Shown: positions 1 to 14,271 of the stretch, in pieces
Layout of the letters: each line of letters opens with the position of its first letter
Position numbering within the stretch: the stretch's first letter is position 1
Assembly (NCBI GenBank): GCA_964016885.1
Contig: OZ024743.1
Location: forward strand, 13,950,001-14,014,000
Direction: 5' to 3'
DNA length: 64,000 bases
DNA from: Eledone cirrhosa
Taxonomy: Eukaryota
Made by a program: the position numbers and the translations under genes
Notes under the pieces: model-generated
Told to the model about the DNA's origin: nothing
The model's database searches: none
What the model saw: the letters and a program-made list of their open reading frames with translations, nothing else

Positions 1-179
1 CAAAAGGAAACCATACTTGATTCTATAAATTTCTATTCCAGTGAGAAGTGTTAGTTACCCCCTGGACACTAACGTGTCTTACTATAGATTTTACATCTAG
101 ATTTTATTTTATACCCCTTAGATTGAGTTAAAAAGAATTTTCGTTATAAACAACAAAGTCCGCAAACGAGAATATAAGA

Positions 180-322
180 AATAATTGTTTCTACTGTTTG
201 GCACAAGGCCAGCAATTATCCCAGTGCATTACTGGTACTTTATTTTATCGACCCCGTAAGGATGAAAGGCAAAGTTAACCTCTGTGGGATTTGAACTCAG
301 AATGACAAGGGCTATGCGTCAA
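180..322 (-). mobile_element. tRNA-derived SINE, 5'-truncated (Meta-domain-like core)
   Basis: Minus strand reads B-box GAGTTCAAATCCC, then GCCTTTCATCCTTACGGGGTCGATAAAATAAAGTACCAG; the same block recurs about 10 times in the window. Confidence 0.8.
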
Positions 323-2361
323 ATATAAAAAAATATAAGAATATAAGAAATAATGTATGTAAAAGATAATGATTTCATAAACCAAAATATGGTTATAGTT
401 ATGATTTCGTTCGTATTTGAAGTGTATGAATAAATTGTTTACATTGAAAATAATTAGTTGGGGCATTGTTTGAAAGTTGTAAATGCTGCTATGTCACTTT
501 CAGTTAATTAAGAATAGAAAAGTAGTCAACATTGCCATCCCTCCCAAATGCACTTACACACTTCAAATATAAATGACATATCTAATAATTGAAGAAGTGC
601 AGCTCTCAGTTACCTAGAGTTAATGTGTTACTTTAGCACATTTGTTTTATATTTAAATTCATAAAACAATTGTTTATACATTTTATAGTTGTGTATTTTG
701 ATTTTGCAATATCTCGATGAACAGTAATGCCATCTTAAGTTGAGCTTTTGCATTTGGAGGTAGATTTATACCATGTTTATGGTTCTCAGTGTAGAGGTTG
801 CTGGTACATATTTCAAGCAGCATTAAGTTTAAAATAATATATACTTGATTGATGTTGATAATATTTATATTTGTTAAAATAGATATAACAACTTGGTTAT
901 TATTACTTGCATCTTCAAAAAATATTAATAAGGATATTTTAAACCACTATTTCTATTAAAGTAGCTATGTAACTAGTTAGAAACAATTCTTTTTAAATAC
1001 ACTCTATTTACTTGTTTGCTTACAGATGCATTCACAAGAATTTTAGATGAATTAAATATGTGTATCGAACATGATTACAGTCAATTGATATCTTAGTTAC
1101 CTCTCTGCATCAATCCAATCCAATTATAAATTTTTAGCTGAGACTGAGAGAACGGATAATTCTGCATCATATAATTCTGTATATATAAGAAAGTTAATTC
1201 ACCAGAAATGAATAAAAATAAATTAGAATATGGAAAAACCATGGTGGGTAACGGTTTATTATACCAATCTATACAAGAGAAAAATAATATTAACTATTTA
1301 TAAGACACAAATATATAGTTAACGTCGTGAGGATTTCATATTTGGCAAATTGTTGAAACAAATGTTCTTTATTTTCAATAGAAAATTCAAAGAAAGCAAA
1401 ACTATTCCCATTTATTATTCACAATTTTAGGTAGAAAATATACAACGATTATAGAGGAATTGAAATACAGTCGAGGGATTATTTTGTAAAGGAATGCGTT
1501 CTGGAATGGTCAATGTCAAGTCTTTGAACGAGGAGATTTTATGCTCTTGCATTTGTATTCTAATACGTTTCAGCACGACCTATTCGGGTGTATTAACAGA
1601 TCTACCTTTAGGAGTAGGAAACAAACACGAATATTATATATCTATATAGGTCTATATTCCGGTAAAATTAAAGTTAAGTCTTTCGGAATATTCTATTAAA
1701 TATTTTGAACTTTGTGAGTAGGAAGATCTTAACAAATAATGCTGTCTGATTATAATAGTAGCACAAATAATATGATAGGCAAATAATTGAGATGTCTGAC
1801 TATAATATTGTATGGAAAACATTGGAAGGAATAAGATGAATCACCACTTAAATAGTTGAAGAAGCTAAATTTCTAAAAAGGATAATAGTTTGATTTATTT
1901 ACGCATAATGATTATGGATATGAGTTGATGAATAATCCGGAAGAATGTCTGATAATTCAATGAAAGATATGACTGTTTGATGTAAAGCGCGTGTCTGTTT
2001 GTATGTTGTTATACGTATGATTCTTATTACGGAATTTGCTATTGAAATTTTGTGAGTGTACGTATTTAAATAGATATTTCTCTATGTGGATGAATGTAAA
2101 TATATACTCATATTTTATGTGTATATGTGTTAAGGCTATTATAAATATGTGGTTATGTGGCTGATTGTATGTACAATACTGTATGGTCTATAATTATTAT
2201 TATCAAAATGTCTTTATGTTTTTAGGGGGGGGGGGTCGTAATTGTGTCTCTCGAGTTACGTAAATTACAGTAGGAAGATATTATCTCTCGTTCTGTCCCG
2301 TGAGTTCTAAAGTGTATAACAATTACAAAGATAAAAACATACTTTTCCACATAGGTTTGAC

Positions 2362-2515
<154 letters not shown>

Positions 2516-2951
2516 ACGTTGACTGTTGGGGGCACTAAAAAATGTTAATAATTAAGGGTTTTCGTGTTTTAACTAATCGTTCCTCAATTCGGCTAATTGC
2601 CGTCTTGTTTTCCCAAAATACAAAGGCGGGGGTTCAGTTGGATGAACATTTACTGCTGTTTTTAAAAAAACACATACTGTCAAATCGTCTGTCATGCTAT
2701 CAATATATATAGAGAGGGACAACCGCACACCTCTCAGACAAGCCACCTCCGGCTTAACTAACTAAAACGATTGTTGTCTGCCGGCCTGTTATGTGATTCA
2801 CTTACTATCTCCCCTCTCTCTCTCAACACATCTATTTATACCTATCTGTATATATATATATATAGTAATCATAATAAATTTGAAGACTAAAATCCAAAGA
2901 GGGTTCGATAAGGATAATATATATATCAAATATATAAGAACCGTAGAGCAA

Positions 2952-3058
2952 ATATTTATTAAAATAACAGATTAAATTTTAAGGAAAGAATCGTATCAGA
3001 AGATCCTGTTAAGGGTGAAAGCAGCGATTCTTTGCTTAAACTTTTATCTGTTATTTTA

Positions 3059-3066
<8 letters not shown>
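2952..3066. repeat. Short foldback element (~42-bp arms) next to (TA)n; related copy at 24772-24858
   Basis: ATATTTATTAAAATAACAGAT...AAAGAATCG pairs with CGATTCTTT...ATCTGTTATTTTAATAAATAT. Confidence 0.7.
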
Positions 3067-3096
<30 letters not shown>

Positions 3097-3689
3097 AAAG
3101 GATAACTAACAAGGACGATTGGTTACTCCTTCATTACATTTATTGGTTGGTGACGCGCGTTTCGCCACTGATCAGCTCATGGTTCGATCCATATCGATCC
3201 TACCCTACTCAATGATCGGCAGCTCGACGGACCCTTTATATATATATCTTTATAAAAAGGGTGTCTGTACGTTGACCGTGAATAACACTTAATGAATTCG
3301 AAAACGTAAAATTCGGTTTTATGTACAAGGAAAATTAATTTTCCTTGTACATTAAAATACGGTATATATTACAAAAAAGTACATTACAAGACATTTGAGA
3401 CACAAGAGTATATATTGAGGACTTGACTGACTAAATTTAATTAACATCACCACTAACCTAGCATGATATTTTATATAGTTGCAAACAGAATCTATTAAAT
3501 GCACCACCTGATATAGCAAGTAGAGAAATTCTTCCTGTTGAACATGATTTCAAAACTTACATTGTAGCTGAAATAGAGGTAGCTATGAAAGGCCATGCAT
3601 TGGCAATTTTCAGTATGTTGAAAAGGCTTCTTTGAGAATGAATTTGATAACATAGCTAATGATGTATGTCGGTTAATTAACATAGATTA

Positions 3690-4059
3690 AACAATCCGGT
3701 ATGCTGCCGCACAACCTTCAGTTGCAGAAAGCCGTTGCACCATGCTGCTCAAAATCATGGATCAGCCAGCATATTACAATGGGATGCATATGGTTGTGAC
3801 TGAACTACAGCCTCACATTACCTAAGCCCAAATCCTTACTGAATGTCGTAAGGGAGACATCGTCTTTATACCTAGAATGTCGTTAATACCAACAGATGTC
3901 CCCTTTCGTTTCAAACAATTACTATTCCCAGTAAGAATCACTTACGCAATGGCCATTAACAAGTCCCAATGTCAAACCCTGCAGGTTGTCGGTCTCCATT
4001 TAGAAGAGGAACGTTTCTTACATGGTCAATTGTATGTAGGTTATTCCAGAATGATCTAA
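3690..4059 (+). pseudogene. Helitron Rep/Hel PIF1-type helicase C-terminal relic
   Basis: SGMLPHNLQL...GDIVFIPRMSLIPTDVPFRFKQLLFPVRITYAMAINKSQCQTL..VGL..HGQLYVGYSR matches the PIF1 C-terminal motifs; stops and frameshifts upstream. Confidence 0.9.
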
Positions 4060-5524
4060 ATTAAAAAGTTAAAAACATTGTATGTACTGAAGTTCTGTAA
4101 ATGTTTTATAGTTTTCGTAGAATACATTTTTCTTTTATTTTCTTTCTTTATTTTATATCGCTTTCTTTTCCGGAAATGTAATGGAGTGGTAAGGGGGGAA
4201 CTTCGGATTTGCCCAGCCTCCGAGATTTCTTCAGTGAAACTAAAAGAGGCAGAAATGGAGGTGGAGATTTGGAATTATAGATAAGCACCATTCAGGCGTT
4301 TAAACTTATAGAACCACAATCCCTTGATACTAAAGGATCTTCTGATCCTTCGTCATTTTGTACTGTTGTGTTTCACAATTACCAAATCCATTATTCCAAT
4401 AGGGAAAGGCTGTGGGAAAGGGCAATCCTGGACGCCCCCCCCCCAAAAAAAAAAAAATAAAGTATCCCTCGAGATAGCCAGACCTATAAATCTATCGACA
4501 CTAAAATCATTGATTATACTGAAGTTCTGTAAATGTTTTATACATTTCGTACAATAGATGTTTCTATTATTTTCTTTATCAATTTCTGTATTTAGACATT
4601 CTAAATGAATTTTTAAAATTATGTTATGTAATATTTAATAACTTTTAAAAACTTTTATTCTATGGAAAATGGACATTACAACAGATTTACGTTTATCCAA
4701 GTACCGACTTTCACACCTAAACGGTTATTTCAGTGGAAACTTTATCTAAATATAACTACACGGACACCATACATATATTGTACACATATTTTAAAGATAT
4801 CTATTTAACACTTGAATACGCTAATATGCACACATTTATACACATATAGTCATATATATGTGTGTGTGTTTATATGTATGCTTATGTGTCTATGACTGTA
4901 CCTATGTGTGTATGTGTGTGCGTGTGCAAATGTGCGATCATATATAGATACAATTACCTTCACTTGACACTCGGAATTAATATCCAAATACATAAAAAAA
5001 AATATATTTCTTCAATATATGATTGTGTATCCAATATTTAGTTCTTCAATAATACACACTTGAATAAATGATGCCTCATCAAGGGGACACCACCAACGAG
5101 TCAGGTAATTGCTTTTTGTAGGACTTTGCAAATTGGTTTCTATTTACTAAACTTATCAACAATGCGTTATTAAATCAATGTACAGAAGTGATATTATGTA
5201 ACAATTATAGGAAGTTGTACTTCCAATTTATACCAAAAATACTTCGTTTCGCAAAGCCATTAAAATAAAAATATAACTATTTGTAATTAGAATCAACCTA
5301 ACACACAATTTTTAAGAATTAATGTGAAATTCTTTCTTCATCGTGTGTTCAAGCTTGAAGAAAATCATTTTGCACTTATTTAACTGAATGTTTGCATAAG
5401 TGTAAACATATTCATTTAAATTCGTACGCTAAGGAGCTACATAGCGGAAACTCTTTTGTTTTTATCTCCAGACAGACAATTCAATAATATAAGCAGTCAT
5501 GGCAATAGACGTTGGAAATCATTA

Positions 5525-5715
5525 TTATTAGAATTAGGTAGAAGTTCGGACGCCATGCTTTGACGCATAGAGTTACGGCCCTTGCCATTCTGAGTTCAAA
5601 TCCCACTGAGGTTAACTTTGCCTCTCATCCTTACGGGTCGATAAAATAAAGTACCAGTAATGCACTGGGTAATTGCTGGCCTTGTGCCAAAAAGTAGAAA
5701 CAATTATTATTAGAA
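5525..5715 (+). mobile_element. tRNA-derived SINE
   Basis: B-box GAGTTCAAATCCC, shared core, AT-rich tail. Confidence 0.8.
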
Positions 5716-5752
5716 TTAGGACGCGTTTAATGTTATTATATATACTACTTGT

Positions 5753-5972
5753 AGGGCGGTGGATTAGCAGTATCAGTAGAGGGTCGGACAGCATACTTTG
5801 ACGCATAGAGTTACGGCCCTTGTCATTCTAAGTTCAAATCCCGCCGAGGTTAACTTTGCCTTTCATCCTTACGGGGTCTATAAAATAAAGTACCGGTAAT
5901 GCACTGGGGTCGATTTAATAGACATTCCCCTCCACAACATTGCTGACCTTGTGCCTACAGTAGAAATCATTA
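5753..5972 (+). mobile_element. tRNA-derived SINE, full length
   Basis: 5' GGGCGGTGGATTAGCAGTATCAGTAGAG (A-box-like), AAGTTCAAATCCC B-box, shared core. Confidence 0.85.
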
Positions 5973-6081
5973 GATATACTACTTGTGACATTTGAAAAGA
6001 GCGAGTAAATTTATTCAATTTTCGCAGAGGTTGATTGATCTTTGTTCGTAAAGGCATTGATACACACTCACAAACACACAC

Positions 6082-6138
<57 letters not shown>

Positions 6139-6142
6139 ATGC

Positions 6143-6182
6143 GTTATGTCCTTGAGCAAGACAAATTATTTCACGTTGCTCC
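6143..6182 (+). mobile_element. CORE-SINE-like fragment
   Basis: GTTATGTCCTTGAGCAAGACA..TATTTCACGTTGCTCC resembles a CORE domain; short. Confidence 0.4.
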
Positions 6183-6357
6183 TTCTATCTGGAGTTGCGA
6201 CCGATAGATAGTATTAGCAATTGGAAAGATCAACGGAAACATCGTTTCCTCGGTCCGATTTGACGAAAGTCAATATACATATATATATATATATAAAGGA
6301 TATCCATAGATCATGAATATACTCTCTTTTGCACGACAGTATATTTTGTATAAATAA

Positions 6358-7136
6358 AGTTTCATACATTTAACAAGTATGTGCGACCATTGTTTTCGCA
6401 AAAGTTAGCGAATGTTTAATATTTGGGAATCAAGCAAGTTAACGTTTGGGGTAGTAAATATCGCAAACTTTAAAATAATTCTGAAAAAAACATTTAAAAT
6501 ATTTACAATAGTATACCCTCTCTAATGGTTCCTCAATAGTTAAACGCTGAACTGTAAAGTTTGATTGTATATGTAATCGTTAGGTTGCTATGTAATGTTG
6601 TAATACTAAACCCTTTTTCAACAGGCTATTACTTAGTCTAGGTGAGATGAGTCATTTGAACGGTTATAAAGTGTTTTAGCAGATCTGGTGAGAGGGTATC
6701 TTGAGGTATGGGCTTCCAGTTGGATGAAACCTGGGTAATCTGATGCAAAACATGGCGTAAGACTTTCGTAGTTGAATTTAGATATGTTTCCAGTAAGTAT
6801 AAACACTGCAAAATTCTATATTTTTTGACTGGGGAAGATCTGGCATCTCTTTCTTCCGTTTTAGTATGGGGGTGAACCTTTTCAGTACTTTCCATATATG
6901 TAATTCCTTACTTCCTTTTCTTATAGTCGCCAGAATCTTTTTTCCTGGGCTGTGGTGGTTTTCATGACACGTACCTGATGATCCTCCTCCACTATATCGT
7001 GGTAGCCAAAACTGGTCCTTAAATAACTGGTAGCACATGCATGTTAAGTGTATAAAACTGGATTGTGATGTTTTAATTAATAATGTTTATATATAGTATA
7101 ACGAAGGTTTCATACACTTAACATGCATGTGCGACC
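6358..7136 (-). mobile_element. Decayed element with 32-bp inverted termini (DNA transposon or Penelope relic)
   Basis: 6358-6389 versus the reverse complement of 7028-7059 matches 27/32; third copy at 7107-7136; broken minus-strand ORFs inside. Confidence 0.5.
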
Positions 7137-10100
7137 GGTGCAAGCTTTGAAAATTAGATTATGAAACATCACAACTCACATATGTATATATGTGTGTGAG
7201 TGTTCACACTGTATCCTCGTTTTGAGCAATTTCGTTTGAACAATTTATTGTCTTTCTACCATACTATTCAATAACATTGAATATTTCGCCCGCTAATTTC
7301 AGGATTTAAACTATAATAAAGTAAGGAGCGCGGGACTGCGTACGGTTTATAATTGTTTATCCCATTAGTAAAATAAGTTGGATTAGTTTAAATAAATAAT
7401 GAATGAATATTACATAATGTATCTACTAAATTTCGTGGCTGTTGATTAAATATATTTTGTTTATTTAAAGATTCACTTCTTTAACATTTCTGAAATGTCA
7501 ACACTTCCGATTGGCCATCGCAATTTCTATGTATTATATATTGTCAATTACGATTATATTTAATGTATCATATCTACATGTATATATACCTGCGTATAAT
7601 ATCAATATACACACCACACACGCTAGCAGAAAACCACCCGAAGGGTGGCTTTTCTGCCAGTATCTTATAACGGTGTATCATTTTCTCGTCACCTAAATTA
7701 TATTTCACCGTATAGACCATTCTATTCAATTAAATTGCCGTTGAGGTGATTTATACATTGATAACTTCTTAATACTTGTTCATGGAACTTCGAAGGTGAG
7801 CGAAATCATTTTTTCATCAACGGATCTCACCTTTCCTGAAATTATGTGAATCTATAGCTTAGCGAGATTCATGAAAATACAGATCTGGGGCAAGGAATGT
7901 CAAAAGGTTTCGATGAATTAAATTTATCCCATATGCTATGGTTCGAAACGAGGGTATCGTTAATAACAGTCTGTTATTTTATTTTATACAGAATTGTTCG
8001 TGCATAGCTTTACTGAATAGTGATTTAGCTGATATTAAAGTAGTTAAGAAGATTCCGATATTTTCACGAATAATATCCATCATAAAACATCTCATTAATG
8101 TAATACGTACAGAGGTACTTTATCTGCCAGGAGGAAAACCTAGTATTAGCAGCAAATCCAAATATTTAACTCGAGTAGAAACCTATATAAAATAACCTAA
8201 ATATGATTCATTAATTAAATTTGTCAGTGTCCTGTTGCAGTAGATTATTACCAATAGTTTAGATATAGGATGCCTAAATTCGAATTCTCTATAAAAATTA
8301 TTTTTGAAAACGTTGACATTGAATGTCGGTTATTTCAATGAGACCATTCAGATACGTTCAACTGCTCTTTCCTAATATTTGTCTCATAATGCTTTAGATG
8401 CTGAAGAATTTATATATATATTAGCCAAATGCCTTTGTGTTTCGATAAATGACCCTATATGATTATATTAATTAGATAGGTATCAATTATAGCATCAACT
8501 AGCTACACCAACCAGCATTATGTGTCCATGTAGGTATTTTCTAAAGAATAACTGAGGGAATTCCATTTTCATATTATTCTTCATATTATGTAATGCACTT
8601 TATCATTTAGTTTCCTTTTTCTACACACAGAGAAGCGCAATGAATCAATGAAACATACATACCACCCGCCCCCACATATATGTATCTATATCGACCTGTC
8701 TATCTCTCTCTCTATATATATATATTTACATAATGTTGTTCTCTTATTGTGTTGTTACAATTATCATTAGGCAACAGATATTATATATTAATAATTATCT
8801 CATAATACTTTTGGCCTCTCCACTTAGATAATAATATTTCTTGTATTGAGGATATTCAAAACATTTAGTAGAGAACATGAGTTTAATATAAACACTGTAT
8901 GTATGATGGCCACCCAGTAGTAGAAAAATACAAAAAAAGTTTTGAATTTACAGCTGAATAAACCCGAGCAATGTTTACGACTAGTATCATGAGAAACAAA
9001 AAAAAAGAAGTAAAAGATAATAACAATAATAATATCTGCATCGGCCATTGGAATCACTGCAAAAATACTAATCAATGTCAAGCGCAGTCCTTATTTCAGT
9101 CCATATTACGTAGGATTATATCCTGAAACCATCGCTTACTTTATTACTAGTAATTTATATGCTTTTGCGGAGGAATATCTGTCAAAATATGAATGTCCCC
9201 TACAGAAAAGACGGTATATATGATGACAATACATTTACTTCAGAACGGAATATATTGACAGAAGGAAAGACTAGAATACGGCTTCCAAAACGGTGACCAA
9301 TCAATGATTCCCTGGATTCCCTGGATACCAATGTCGGATCTATTTAGGAAATCAAAGAGCAAATACGATAGGATAACCTGATAAATAGACCTCCTTCAGA
9401 TGAGAGTATACAATTTGAAAAACAAAATTACATTATAACTGTGAATATTGATTGCAATTCAGAACTATTATATCAGCAAACCCTCAACGCAGTAAAACTT
9501 TAGCGTTTTAAATGTTGACAACAGAATTAATATTTGAATTCCGAGTGAACATATCTGAGTGCCTTTTTCAGGGTCGTAGCGTTTTCGACACAGGTTTCCT
9601 TAAAAATGTGTGACGAATGCTGAAACAGCAATATGAACAATAACGAAAGAAAAAAAGAATGTATCAACTTGAGCAATAACTAAATGTGTTTTCCACTCGA
9701 TTATAAGTGGCTAAAACAGACCTAAAACAGATTACGTGACGTCTAAGTTTAAAATGTTTATATTTGGTCTAGCTCAGTATTTCCATAATGTATATCCAAT
9801 AATAAAGTAACAAACTAATCCAATATAACAACAATAGAATGACGTACCACACAATGATTTGGTAGATAGAAACGAAAGTATAACACATTTCACTGTTAAG
9901 TCTCGCAGTTAATATCCTCCAATTCATACCTATATTTCTGAAAAGATGAATGTAGTCATTAATATAAAATACAAACAGCAAAAAAGCAAAACACACGTAT
10001 GGCAACGTATGTAATGTTGTTCATTATATGTATGTGTGAATAGTGATTTTGAGGGACGTAATCTATAATACAAACAAAATAAAATATCAACATGTAGAAT

Positions 10101-10617
10101 TTAGCAAATAAAATTTATATATTATAAAACAAAAAGTAATAAAAGAACAATAAAATTCTCTACAGCAGCTGCAATATTTGAACGAAAAAAACATTATTAT
10201 CCAAATTTCTCATCAACAAATAACAACCAGAGACGCATACAAAGACACAATCTATCTTACGATCATCAGTCATTAAAAAGAGATAAATATAATCACAATA
10301 TAACCATCATCACTAGTGGAAATCTACTAATCAATAAGTTTTATGTACAGGCAATATTTGTATTCTTTCACTTTTAACTGATTACAACATAGAAATCAGT
10401 TTTATTCGAAAATACGGAATAAACAAATATAATAATATTCTTTGAGATAAGGATATACAGACTAAGATCTTAGTATTGTATGTCTATTCTTCGTTTACTT
10501 CACATTTTTTATCCTCAGCAATCAAGTAAAAGCTAATGCAGTTCATAGTCAGGTGCCTAGGCACCCGCGCAAACACACATACACATATTTTTTAATTATG
10601 TAAGTATATTTATACAC

Positions 10618-10666
<49 letters not shown>

Positions 10667-10989
10667 CACACATATTTGTATATATATAAATATATATATA
10701 TATGGATTTATTTCTTTGTTATGCTGGTAATTCAAATTTGAAAAGTATACACAGTACACGTGATTAAAAATCAGGTCATGCTGAAGTTTCTGAACATTTT
10801 ATGAAACTTAAGTAAATTTTCGAATTAAAATTCTAATTTACGTGAGTACTTATCGTTTATTTTCTATAGTCAGAGTTCGATAAGTTTTATTTAAAAGTAA
10901 TACTTCTTGTTACCTGTTTTATATATCATCACTATGTTATTAATCGTGCGTTCCTGTACATAGGTACGTTGAGCGTTATATATATATAT

Positions 10990-11148
10990 ATGGTGTATTG
11001 GCAATATCGGTAGAGAGTCGGACGCCATGCTTTGCAGTATAGATTTCTGTCGCTTTGCGGTCTGAGGTCGAATCCTGCCAGGGTCATTAAAATAAAGTAC
11101 CAATAATGCACTGCGATAGTTGCTGGCCTTGTGGCAAATGTAGAAACA
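10990..11148 (+). mobile_element. tRNA-derived SINE, internally deleted
   Basis: TGGCAATATCGGTAGAG head and ATAAAGTACCAATAATGCACTG...GGCCTTGTG tail. Confidence 0.7.
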
Positions 11149-11149
11149 T

Positions 11150-12972
11150 TCTATCAGCAGGTCTCTGGGGTAGCGATGGGAACTAGAATCCGTCCAAACT
11201 ATACCAAATGTTTGTTGACTACACCGAAGCCCAGATCTTCTCCCAGTACGCTGGACCGACTCCTCAGCTATACAGTCGTTATATCGACGACTGTATCGGC
11301 GCCACCTCTCTATCACGCGAGCAGCTTGACTGATTTCTTTCTTTTGTCCTATCTTTCCATCCTGCTCTCAATTTAACGGCCTCCGTCTCCGATTCTTCTG
11401 TCCCTTTTCTAGATATCTCTCTATCTATTAATCACTCTCACCACACCCTCTCTACTTCCATCTTCATTAAACCAACAGACTCCCAATCTCATCTCGAATT
11501 CACCTCCTCCCATCCAACCCACACCAAATACTCCATACCCTATTTCCAATTCCTCCTTCTTCGTCGGCTCTGTAGCCAGGACGACGATTTTGAAACCCAT
11601 TCCCTTCACATGGCTTCCTGATTCATCCAGCGTGGATATCCCCCCCACCCCACGCAGATCCAAGATGCTCTCACCCACGCCCCTGAAACAGACCGCACTA
11701 CATCCCTCTCACCTCACCCCCACACTCCCAACACACGCGTTCCTTTCCCTCTCATGTACCACCCCCTCACCCTACCACTCCGGCAACATATCCTCCGTTC
11801 CTTACGCATCCTCTCTTCTGACCACGTCACTTCTCGCTTTTTCCAAACCCACCCATTACTGCTTTAAAGCGCGCCCGCAACCCCCGGTACATCCTGGTTA
11901 GCAGTTACTTCTCGTCCTCTCCCATGACTCCACCCGGCTCTCATCCTTGTTCTCGTCCCCGCTGCAACACTTGTTCCTTCATTTCCACCATCACCTCTCT
12001 TACAGGCCCTAACGGGTCTTTCCGTATTCGCCGCTCTTTCACCTGCACATCCACCCACGTTGGCTATGCGCTCCGGTGTTCCCTATGCGGGTCTTTATAC
12101 ATCGGACAAACGGGACGCCGCATGGCGGACCGTTTTGCTGAGCATTTGAGGGACATACGATGCGGTTTGTATAATCGTGTTACCCGTCATTTCTGTTCTC
12201 CTAGTCATTCTTCCACATATGTTTCAGTCCTGGGTCTCTTTTTACACCATGGATCACTGGCTTCGCGCACCAGGACTGCACAAAGTCTCATTCACTGACT
12301 TGGGTCCTATTCCCCTCTTGGACTCAATTCAACTCCCCTATTTCTTTAATACTCCGTCCATTATCACACGCGCTTGTACTTTCAACCCTAGATTCCTATC
12401 GCACTCTATTGATCATCAACATCTTCTCTAACAACTAATACAGACCGACTATATATGCTCACTCCACCTTTACCTTCACAGCTCTGCATACACACATACA
12501 CACCCGTATGTTAACATTCTTTTGCTCATACCTTCATACTTACATGCACACGCACTCTTTAACTTACATATACACACACATTTCCACCTAACTTCGTACG
12601 GACGTATAATAATACACATACAGACAGACACATGCTTACGCACGTGTACAATTATGGCTCTTTTTTCAAAACGTTTTTATTTTACATTTCAGGTAGACGC
12701 ACTCCATTATCCCCTTTTCTAAAAAATAAATCATACACAGAACGCCAGCACCAGCAGTTTTGCAAGAGATGTCAACTTGAATGGACCTGTTATTTTTATC
12801 TAAAGACATTTTTTCCAATTCCAACCCGCCCATCCCCTCAATGTATTTTATTTCTCATTCATTCTTCTGATGAAGGACTAGCGTCCGAAACGTAAATACC
12901 CTCGACCTGCTAAATCAAGCGTTAACATAACATCCCTTCCATATACTGTATTGTTATTCCTGTTTACCTTTT

Positions 12973-12975
<3 letters not shown>
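11150..12975 (+). mobile_element. Penelope-like element, Neptune type, 5'-truncated and frameshifted: RT C-half, Cys linker, GIY-YIG endonuclease, pLTR
   Basis: YQQVSGVAMG, RYIDD (cgttatatcgacgac), PFLD, KPTD, PCSRPRCNTC, GYALRCSLCGSLYIGQTGRRMADRFAEH; hammerhead in the 3' region. Confidence 0.92.
12863..12897 (+). ncRNA. Minimal type I hammerhead ribozyme
   Basis: CTGATGA-a-GGAC tagc GTCC-GAAA-CG-TA; stem I imperfect here but TCTT/AAGA in the copy near 13492-13527. Confidence 0.75.
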
Positions 12976-13029
<54 letters not shown>

Positions 13030-13030
13030 T

Positions 13031-13172
13031 AACGAAGGAAATGTGGTAATGAACCAGGTGAACCATAACGCACCAGAGTACTCGATGCTATGGGTAGTAG
13101 AGTGGGCAATAGGAAAAGAACGCAGTTCAGACATTTCTGTCGAAACGGCGGGAGCTCAGCCGTCGGGTCCTG
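13031..13172. mobile_element. Penelope pLTR tail fragment, related to 55149-55288
   Basis: 13031-13110 is inverse-homologous to 55205-55285; GTCGAAACGGC..GAGCTCAGCCGTCGGG is shared in the forward orientation. Confidence 0.6.
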
Positions 13173-13194
13173 AGTCTATATGCTCACTCCACTT

Positions 13195-13615
13195 TTCCTT
13201 TCACACATGCACACACATTCCTTCTTAACTTCGTACGGACGTATAGTAACACACACACACATGCTTATGCACGTGCACAAGTATAGCTCTTTTTAAAAAA
13301 ACGGTTTTTTTTCCATTTCAGTTAGATGCGCTCCATCATCCACTTTTCTAAAACAGAAAAAACATACACAAAGCGCCAGCACCAATAGTTTTGCAGGAGA
13401 TGTCAGCATGAATGGACCTTTTATTTATAAAGACATTTTGTTTCAATTCCAACCCGCCCGTCCCTTCAATCTATCTTTTTTTCTCATTCTTTCTTCTGAT
13501 AAAAGACTATCGTCGGAAACGTTAAGACCCCATTCCTACTATTTCAAGCGTTAACCTAATATATCCCTTTCATATTCTGTACTGATGGTGATGTTATTTC
13601 TGTATACCTTTTACA
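13195..13615 (+). repeat. Diverged second pLTR copy of the Neptune element
   Basis: Direct repeat of about 12555-12975, including a decayed HHR at 13492-13527. Confidence 0.85.
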
Positions 13616-13633
13616 GGCACACACACACACACA

Positions 13634-13695
<62 letters not shown>

Positions 13696-14271
13696 CGTGG
13701 GAAAGTAAAAATCGGAGAATAGACCGTTAAAACATGTTTATCTAAAATATCACCTACGTACGTTTCGCCCAGTTGGGCTTCTCAAGGGCATAAATAATCA
13801 CAAGTGTTCCATATATAGTTCGGAAAGAGTTTGGGGGGTTAAATCTACATCAAGATTTATTGCTCGCAAAAATATCTTGTTTTGATTTTGCAGCAGGTCA
13901 AGGGAGGTAACTCTGGCCGGTGTTAGGGCAGTCTTTCCCGGATAATTTTTTTTTTTTTTTTTTTGCCGCATCCGTTTGTCTGAGGCTGGGTCTGGTATGC
14001 AAGGATTGTTTTCTGGGTGTTATTTTGCAGCGCCTGCCCGCCGGGGTGTTAAGACTTGTTGCAGGGAGATCCAGTGTACTATTTCACTCTTCATCCTTAA
14101 CCCATCTAAAGAAGGATATTTTTAAGCGATGTGTACAACTTATCGCTGTTTCAGCTCTGCTGTTGATGAGCTCGTGGGGTGCAGTTATGATGTGGTAGAG
14201 CTCCATGAGGCAAAGATCGCATTTCCTCTTGAAGTTGTACGGTGCAGCCCTGCTGACAATCTCCCAGTGCG

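Noticed and set aside
3148-3190. Minus-strand GAAACGCGCGTC HHR-like motif
   Set aside because: CUGANGA box and stem I are decayed; relic at most
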